Part shown: positions 57,776 through 64,000 of the stretch, piece by piece
How the letters are laid out: every line of letters begins with the position of its first letter
How positions within the stretch are numbered: the first letter of the stretch is position 1
DNA from: a virus
Reading direction: 5' to 3' (one strand)
IMG/VR virus record: IMGVR_UViG_3300022890_000019
Coordinates: 1 to 64,000 of that record
Length of the DNA: 64,000 nt
Position numbers and translations under genes: made by a program
Notes under the pieces: model-generated
Database searches by the model: none
The model's input: the letters and a program-made list of their open reading frames with translations, nothing else
What the model was told of the DNA's origin: nothing

Positions 57776-58995
57776 TAGCTAAATTTTTTCTCTACCATAT
57801 AATTAATCAATTTTTCAGTATCATCCCAAAAGTCCTTACAGTCTTCTTCGACATAAGGAGTAAGGTGGTGCTTGACCTTCCGTTGAAGTTTACCAAGTCC
57901 ATCTTCTGCCTTTGAGATTCTTGTTAGCTCTTCTTTAAGCTTTTTAGATTCATTACCGGTCTTCATATTCTCATAGAGACTGGTAGCATTCTCAAGTGTA
58001 AACTCAGGAGTATGACCCATCTTCAATAGCTCTGCATGGATAGCCTTAATAGAGTCGAATGCATTATCAGCATCTTTCTCTTTACCATCCAGGACAGATA
58101 CCCTAAGCATATTAATAGCGTTAGTGTAGCTAGCTAGTGTAGAAGGGATCGTCTTGCCTATCTTGAAATCTAATTCTTCCTTCTGTCCATCGGTAATCTT
58201 ACCTTTTTTATTCTGTAAGAGGTTATATAGCCTGGTCTTTAAATGTTCGTTATCCTTCTTGTTGAGGAAACGTATTGCACTTTTAGTGTCATTACCAAGG
58301 AATGTACCATCATACATAATATCATTGTTACGATTACGATTGAGGATGTTGTAGAATATCAATTCCAATATTACAATGTGAGCTTCCAGACTCTTATCTT
58401 TATCAGGAGAGCAGTTAAGGACAATCTCAGGATACTTGTGGCATGCTTTTAACAAACCATTGCGTTGTACTGACATCCCTACCCCTTTCTCAGGAATATA
58501 AAACTCTGAATTTTGAATTCTGTTGTTAAGCAAAAGAACCAATTCAATATACCTTTCCGGAGGCCATGTACGAATGAAACTCTCTGCATCAAAAACATTA
58601 TCATAGAAGCTATTCTCACTCTGAGCCTCAAGGGTTGCATTGTGAAGATAACCATAGAAAGAACCTGGATCTCTTTTATAGTCCAGCTCTGTCCTTGCTA
58701 TCCTTTTAGAAATAAGGATAAGATCTACCATAGTTTTATCAGCAAAGAGAGACATATCATATGTGTGAAAATCCCTGACCTTGGGAAAGGTTGTCGGATT
58801 TATGACAAAAGGAAACTTCTCTAACTCTTCAGCAGTCAACGGAGTGGCTCCTGTCTTCTTATCTACCGTCAGGTCTTGGCCTGTCATGTAGTTGTTACCT
58901 ACCTTAGTGATAGGTATAGTCCATGGATGCTTCTTATAGATAGGCTCCATGAAGATTACTTTTACTTTGTCTTTATTCTCTGTCGTTGTTGTCAT
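57775..58995 (-). CDS. Conserved crAss-like protein downstream of the major capsid protein
   Basis: 406 aa; IMYDGTFLG...AIRFL motif; synteny. Confidence 0.6.
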   Translation of the reverse strand: MTTTTENKDKVKVIFMEPIYKKHPWTIPITKVGNNYMTGQDLTVDKKTGATPLTAEELEKFPFVINPTTFPKVRDFHTYDMSLFADKTMVDLILISKRIARTELDYKRDPGSFYGYLHNATLEAQSENSFYDNVFDAESFIRTWPPERYIELVLLLNNRIQNSEFYIPEKGVGMSVQRNGLLKACHKYPEIVLNCSPDKDKSLEAHIVILELIFYNILNRNRNNDIMYDGTFLGNDTKSAIRFLNKKDNEHLKTRLYNLLQNKKGKITDGQKEELDFKIGKTIPSTLASYTNAINMLRVSVLDGKEKDADNAFDSIKAIHAELLKMGHTPEFTLENATSLYENMKTGNESKKLKEELTRISKAEDGLGKLQRKVKHHLTPYVEEDCKDFWDDTEKLINYMVEKKFS

Positions 58996-59005
58996 AGTCT
59001 TTTTA

Positions 59006-60484
59006 TTACATTAAGTTGTTCAAGTAAGGTCTGTACAATTTAATAGGTTGAATCTGTGAGATAACACCATTCTGGATGAGTGCATGTTCTGAGGAACCGT
59101 CAACTTCAGATGAAATATTCCCACCTTTGTCGATACCGGCTACAGTACCTTTACTCATAGGTCTCAACTGGATAAGCTGAATACCTCTGTCACCACTGGC
59201 AGTCAATCCTAGAGGTAGCATGATACCAACCCATTCATTAGACTTAGTACCGTCTTTAAGGACTTTACCAGGCCTACGTGATAGAGAGGTAGAACGGGTC
59301 AGGAGAAGCGTAATACCACCCAAAGAATACCCTTTATAAGTGTTGTTGATGATCTTGTTATCACCGTCACCTATGATATTCTGATTCTGAGTAACATTCA
59401 TACTGGCAAGCAATGTCTGCAAGTCGAAATATGATGTAGGATGTAAGAAAAGAGCAACCTCTCTCTTACCATTTTCGTCAGGTCTAATATACGTATCAAT
59501 ATCCCTAAGTAAAGCAGTAAGCACTGGTTCTGTCCATCCATTATTCAGTGGGAACTCAATAGGGCCATCTCCTGAATACAATACACCATTACCTGAGAGG
59601 ATGTCCTGGTTAGCACCGTCAGTAAGAACTACCTCTTTGGTATCCTTGCTAACAGTTCCTTTTCCTTCGAGTAATTGGAAGTCAAGGTACCTGGCAATGT
59701 TCTTCATCATAATTTCTTCTGCTGCTGTGATAAAAGCTTTGTCTTCGTATCCTGGGATACCTACATAGCGACCTCTCACCTGTTTGTTTTTATCCATGGC
59801 TGCTGCAGTACCAGAGTAAGAATATTTAAACCTCTGTAGGGTAAGGTAAGCATCACCGAATCCACCGAAATCATACTTTTCATTACCTCCAACTGAGAAG
59901 TCCTGGGTATACTTAGATGTTACGACCTGTACTTCGTCACCATCTTGCATAAGGTTTGTATCTACGTACTCTGACTTATTGTTACCATCAACTTTTACAC
60001 GGTATCTCCATACTCCACCGGAGACAGGTTCGCCTGCATCTTTGTCGATAATATATAGCTGTGTCTCACCATCAGCTAGGAGGATGACTTCGTTACCACC
60101 TGCATAGTTAGAATCCAGGTAGATATAGAAAGGAAGCTTACTCAAACCTGGTTGGCTAGCATTCGCTTCGTCTTCATAACAGACACCGTTAGGTCCTGGT
60201 CTGAATCTCTCTACACGATAATCATCATTGGCAATACGATACTGTACATGGTTAGATGAAACAGTGTTGAATCTTCCTCCATCGAGCAACCAGTTTGTAC
60301 CATAGTTAATGCCTTCTGTCTTGTAATTTTTAGCGTCAAGCAACGCTGTTAATGGAGCCATCTCTGGATACATGCTAAATATTGTAGTCATCATATCAGG
60401 ATCTATAACTCCCATGTTTACTAACAAGCGACTTGTGATCGATTGTTGAGCAACAGTTACTTCGTTTCCGGGTACTAATCTCAT
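59006..60484 (-). CDS. Major capsid protein
   Basis: 492 aa; PLTALL, WRYRVK, LTLQRFKYSYSG, C-terminal SSEVDG motifs typical of crAss-like MCPs; portal-scaffold-MCP order. Confidence 0.85.
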   Translation of the reverse strand: MRLVPGNEVTVAQQSITSRLLVNMGVIDPDMMTTIFSMYPEMAPLTALLDAKNYKTEGINYGTNWLLDGGRFNTVSSNHVQYRIANDDYRVERFRPGPNGVCYEDEANASQPGLSKLPFYIYLDSNYAGGNEVILLADGETQLYIIDKDAGEPVSGGVWRYRVKVDGNNKSEYVDTNLMQDGDEVQVVTSKYTQDFSVGGNEKYDFGGFGDAYLTLQRFKYSYSGTAAAMDKNKQVRGRYVGIPGYEDKAFITAAEEIMMKNIARYLDFQLLEGKGTVSKDTKEVVLTDGANQDILSGNGVLYSGDGPIEFPLNNGWTEPVLTALLRDIDTYIRPDENGKREVALFLHPTSYFDLQTLLASMNVTQNQNIIGDGDNKIINNTYKGYSLGGITLLLTRSTSLSRRPGKVLKDGTKSNEWVGIMLPLGLTASGDRGIQLIQLRPMSKGTVAGIDKGGNISSEVDGSSEHALIQNGVISQIQPIKLYRPYLNNLM

Positions 60485-60523
60485 TTTCTTTATTATTTAA
60501 AATGATTAGTGAGTGGGTGAGTA

Positions 60524-61672
60524 CTACTTTTTCTTAGCAGCAGCCATAAAGGCATTCATATCAAAGCCTGGCTTGTCATGTTGACCAGCTCCAGGTTGTA
60601 TGTTGTCTTTTCTGTCCCCTTTTAACTTTCTTTCTAGATCTTCTTTCTTAGCCTCAAGTGCGTCAGCATTGAAACCATCAATCTTACCCTTATGTACTAA
60701 GTACAGGTAAGAGAGAATGTTTAATGATTGTTTAGGATTCTGGAAGATTTCATTTAAGACCACATCAGCTTTGCTGGCAATATAAGGTCTTCCATCTACT
60801 TCCAATACTTCCTTCTTGGTAAACTCTGGTAAAAACTCGATGTATTCTTGTCTATCGGATTCTCCGAACTCAAATCCACCTATATTAGTTTTCTCTTTGT
60901 TTTCGTCAATATATGTATTTAACAGTACTTCTGTTTCAGCCTGAGCAGTCTCAAGGTCTGCATTCATCCTAACCTTGTTTTGCTCATTGATATTATATTC
61001 TCTATTGCTCTGGACATTCTGCATATTAGATTTGAACTTGTTAGCTTCAAACTCTGCATCAATGTCATCCATCTTGTCAAGTTTTGACTGTACCATGTCA
61101 TCACTCCACTCTAGCTTGTTCGCTTGAGCATGACTCTTATAGACCTCTTTAAGGAAGTCTTTAGCAGGAAGGTTCATCACGTTAGACTCTTTCTGCTTTG
61201 TCTGAAGAAACTTAGATCTATCAAAATCTTTTTTCTGGGACTCTTCTAGGTACTCTACAATAAAAGGATCTCTTATCACAGGAGGATTGTTTGCTATGAT
61301 ATGGTCCTGTAGCATCTTATATCTCTCTGCCTCGGTAAGGTCTTCTCCACTTTCTTTCTTTCCTGTAAGGATTTCTTTTGGCAGTTCATACTTACCATCT
61401 TCTCCTTTATAGGTTTCTGCCAATCCTTTCCAATAAGGATCTAAATCTACCTGAGTACCACTACCTGCAGCAGCAGCATCAGCAGCCAACTTCTCAGCAG
61501 CTAGTGTAGCCTCATCTTTAATTCCATCACCAGCACCGGCACCGGCACCTGAGTCGCCAGTACCATCAGGATTACCACCAGGATTACCTCTTGCTGCATC
61601 CATAAATTTCTGCTGATCAAAATCACCATCTTTGATTTCAATACCGTCTGTGTTCTTGTTCTCGTCTTCCAT
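60524..61672 (-). CDS. Putative capsid scaffolding protein
   Basis: Acidic and helical with low-complexity N-terminus; between portal and MCP. Confidence 0.65.
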   Translation of the reverse strand: MEDENKNTDGIEIKDGDFDQQKFMDAARGNPGGNPDGTGDSGAGAGAGDGIKDEATLAAEKLAADAAAAGSGTQVDLDPYWKGLAETYKGEDGKYELPKEILTGKKESGEDLTEAERYKMLQDHIIANNPPVIRDPFIVEYLEESQKKDFDRSKFLQTKQKESNVMNLPAKDFLKEVYKSHAQANKLEWSDDMVQSKLDKMDDIDAEFEANKFKSNMQNVQSNREYNINEQNKVRMNADLETAQAETEVLLNTYIDENKEKTNIGGFEFGESDRQEYIEFLPEFTKKEVLEVDGRPYIASKADVVLNEIFQNPKQSLNILSYLYLVHKGKIDGFNADALEAKKEDLERKLKGDRKDNIQPGAGQHDKPGFDMNAFMAAAKKK

Positions 61673-61692
61673 TGTTTGTATTATTTATGTAA

Positions 61693-61723
61693 CAAATATA
61701 AAAAATTAGTTATTTAAAGTCAA
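61693..61723 (-). promoter_or_regulatory. Bacteroidota sigmaA-type promoter for the scaffold/MCP operon
   Basis: Minus strand TTG-ACTTTAAATAACTAATTTTT-TATATTTG (20-nt spacer). Confidence 0.75.
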
Positions 61724-64000
61724 CTACTTATCGCTGACATGTTCTTTTACCATCTTTTTAGCCTTCTCCTTTTCTACCTTTACCTTCTCTTTACCTATCT
61801 CATGATTACTAGATAGGTTAGCCATTCCCATGATATTGTTCATCTGTAGTTCCAACACACTGATCTTTTCACTGATAGTAGAATGTTTATCGTTATTGGA
61901 GAGGACTGCATTTTCACTCTGTTGTTCGTTGAGTAGTTCGAAATACTTCAGCTTAGCATCGATATCTATCTTCTTCTCTGCAAGCTGACGGTCTAAGTTT
62001 TCTGACTGAGCTTTTACGTTCTCTTTCTCCATAGCTATCTGCCCTTGGAGCTGTTGTATCTGCATCTGTGAGTCTGCGGAGAACTTAGCCATCTCTTTTT
62101 GCAGTTGTATCCTCTGTCCTTCTACCTTCTCCCTACTTGCCCTTTCAGCTTGAGCATTTTCTTGCTGCATGTCTTCTGCCTGATCTACAAAGTACTTTAC
62201 CTTGTTCTTCATAGCTACCAGCGTTTCACTATCATAGGTCTCTATAATAGCAGAGAAAGGTAATGTTCCGGACTTAAAAGCCATCATGGAAAGGTTCCTT
62301 AGTTCATCTACCTTACGTTGCTCTTCAGAGTTATCCATTACCATTACTTCAAATTGGATACCCTTAAACAGATTCTTAGGTAGCTTAACAAAGTCTCTAC
62401 CAAAGTCATTGTCCTGTATCTCAAGGACTGACTCTTTATGCATACAATACTTTCCTGCAAGGTTTAAGACCTGTGTAAGTGCTTTAGCCTCTATCTGGTC
62501 ATGATCGTGATAAAGTATCTCTGTGATTAGCTGAGCCCTCTGTATGGACTCTTTAAAGGTACCTACCTGGTCCGTGTTCACCACTTGTCCCTGTCGCTGT
62601 CTTGGGATACCTATAATGTTACCTATAGCATCTTCTAACTGTGCTAGCATATTCTCAAGATACTGTACACTCTGACTCAACGATAGATCTATCATCTGCC
62701 ATTGGTTGAAAGAGGCGTTTTTAGGCCTCCCTGTGACACTATCTACAGTTTCTATAGGTATAGTACCCTTCTTCTTCTGATACTCGTATTCCGCGTCTTC
62801 TAGTGTGGAGTTCTTCTGTGACTGGTCGAAGATAATAGTCTTGGTTCCTGATACTGCTAACATGAGCTCTCTCATAGTATAGACAATATCATAAAGCTCT
62901 TGTAAGTCCTTGGTAGTCCAGATAAGACTATAAGGTTGCTTGGAGATGTCACTGAAGGTAGGTCCTACAATAGGAAGCTTCACATCACCATAGCTGTCTA
63001 CACTTCTAGGAGCCTCCTCTTTCTTTCTACACTGTATGATAATATCATTCTCTATAACTATTCCCTGGTAGACATCGTTGATAGGATATTCCTTCATGTA
63101 CTCACCCCTGGACTCGCGATAGCATTCTACCTCTTTCCTGTTATGCTTTTCTTTCTTATCTTTCTTATTGGTATATACACCTTCACGGTAGTGATAGTTG
63201 TCTTCATTGATAACCTTCTTACCATCATCAGAGAAGTGACGGAAGAACTTATTAGGATCATACTTGTTAGGAGAATATTTTACCCTTATCTTCCTTGGTA
63301 TCTTTACAAAGACTCTCTTGACCTTTATACCCTGTGAATTTTCAAAGCTACCCTGATAAGGACCATTGTAGTCTACACCACCGTAAGGAGTACTTACAAA
63401 GCGTGTAGAGGTAGAAGTCTTAAAGCTTGCTGTCTCTGATAACTCTTTTAGCTTGTTGTTACCATACTTGGTTACTATGTCTGTACCAAACTCACGATAC
63501 AACTGTTGGTAGCTCATCACCTCTTCTAGTATTACCCATGGACCATCTTGTACCCATGGGATGTTAGGAATCTTAGGATAGCGTATCTTGGTAGAGCTTA
63601 CATTATCCATCCTGGGCCACTTCTCTCCCTGGATGTAGTCTACATAGTAATATTGCTTTCCTGTGACGATATGAGAGATGAAGTTGTTACCGGACTTTCC
63701 TTTTATGTTTAGATCTCTTCTAAGCTTTATCATAAGCTTCTGAGCTCTCTCTTCTTCGATATCTTTATGGGAATACCTATAGTATCTCTGTAGTTGCTCT
63801 ATCTGCTTCTCGTCAATAGAGTCTTCTGCCTTTATAACTTCTATAAGGTGGTTTATCTCTATCTCCATATAAGGTAGCTGCATCTCCATCATACGCATGG
63901 ACTCAAACTCTTTCTCATTCTGAGGTTCCCTCTGTAGTGCTTGCTTTAGCTGCTCTATCTGAGACTGTAGCTTATAGATATTAGTGATGTTTCCATAGTG
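61724..64000 (-). CDS. Portal protein (5'-truncated; frame open to the window edge)
   Basis: KLPIVG...YSL...LQELYDIV, IDLSLS, IIGIPRQRQGQ motifs, C-terminal coiled coil. Confidence 0.85.
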   Translation of the reverse strand, partial: HYGNITNIYKLQSQIEQLKQALQREPQNEKEFESMRMMEMQLPYMEIEINHLIEVIKAEDSIDEKQIEQLQRYYRYSHKDIEEERAQKLMIKLRRDLNIKGKSGNNFISHIVTGKQYYYVDYIQGEKWPRMDNVSSTKIRYPKIPNIPWVQDGPWVILEEVMSYQQLYREFGTDIVTKYGNNKLKELSETASFKTSTSTRFVSTPYGGVDYNGPYQGSFENSQGIKVKRVFVKIPRKIRVKYSPNKYDPNKFFRHFSDDGKKVINEDNYHYREGVYTNKKDKKEKHNRKEVECYRESRGEYMKEYPINDVYQGIVIENDIIIQCRKKEEAPRSVDSYGDVKLPIVGPTFSDISKQPYSLIWTTKDLQELYDIVYTMRELMLAVSGTKTIIFDQSQKNSTLEDAEYEYQKKKGTIPIETVDSVTGRPKNASFNQWQMIDLSLSQSVQYLENMLAQLEDAIGNIIGIPRQRQGQVVNTDQVGTFKESIQRAQLITEILYHDHDQIEAKALTQVLNLAGKYCMHKESVLEIQDNDFGRDFVKLPKNLFKGIQFEVMVMDNSEEQRKVDELRNLSMMAFKSGTLPFSAIIETYDSETLVAMKNKVKYFVDQAEDMQQENAQAERASREKVEGQRIQLQKEMAKFSADSQMQIQQLQGQIAMEKENVKAQSENLDRQLAEKKIDIDAKLKYFELLNEQQSENAVLSNNDKHSTISEKISVLELQMNNIMGMANLSSNHEIGKEKVKVEKEKAKKMVKEHVSDK

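Noticed and set aside
1-64000. Stop-codon reassignment as seen in some crAss-like phages
   Set aside because: Long genes are intact under the standard code, and TAG and TGA both end genes at tight junctions (e.g. TAG at 19253 and 24551, TGA at 1281 and 8578)
24551-64000. Many short + strand ORFs opposite the structural genes (and - strand ORFs within 1-20 kb)
   Set aside because: Antisense shadows of long coding frames with no recognisable motifs
1-64000. tRNA genes, integrase, transposase, DNA polymerase, terminase
   Set aside because: None recognised; polymerase, primase and terminase probably lie outside the window

Overview
Phage DNA with the gene content and order of a crAss-like phage (Crassvirales-type, Bacteroidota-infecting podovirus), in two convergent blocks that meet at about 20.49 kb. 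Block 1 (1-20493, + strand) is tightly packed with replication, recombination and accessory genes: DnaB helicase, DUF932, coiled-coil ATPase, nucleotidyltransferase, SSB, two PD-(D/E)XK nucleases, PKD lipoprotein, hexapeptide-repeat protein, SAM methyltransferase, GH16 glycoside hydrolase, KTSC, radical SAM, SWIM, WGR-ATP-dependent DNA ligase and a J-domain protein. Block 2 (20485-64000, - strand) is the virion module: portal (truncated), scaffold, major capsid, auxiliary capsid and ring proteins, muzzle, cargo proteins, a GroES co-chaperonin and tail proteins. The standout is one 19-kb ORF (6381 aa) that fuses an ejection-type N-terminus, an SF1 helicase motif set, a zincin, a crAss-type virion RNA polymerase (DQDID) and a second zincin. 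Also notable are a promoter-driven, highly structured ~500-nt non-coding locus at 16.5-17.0 kb, a second long stem-loop at 20.1 kb, and a cassette-like accessory block (10.9-13.2 kb) joined by short direct repeats. Three TTG-N20/21-TAnnTTTG promoters support a Bacteroidota host. The genetic code appears standard. All family assignments come from motif recognition and synteny by eye, without database searches.
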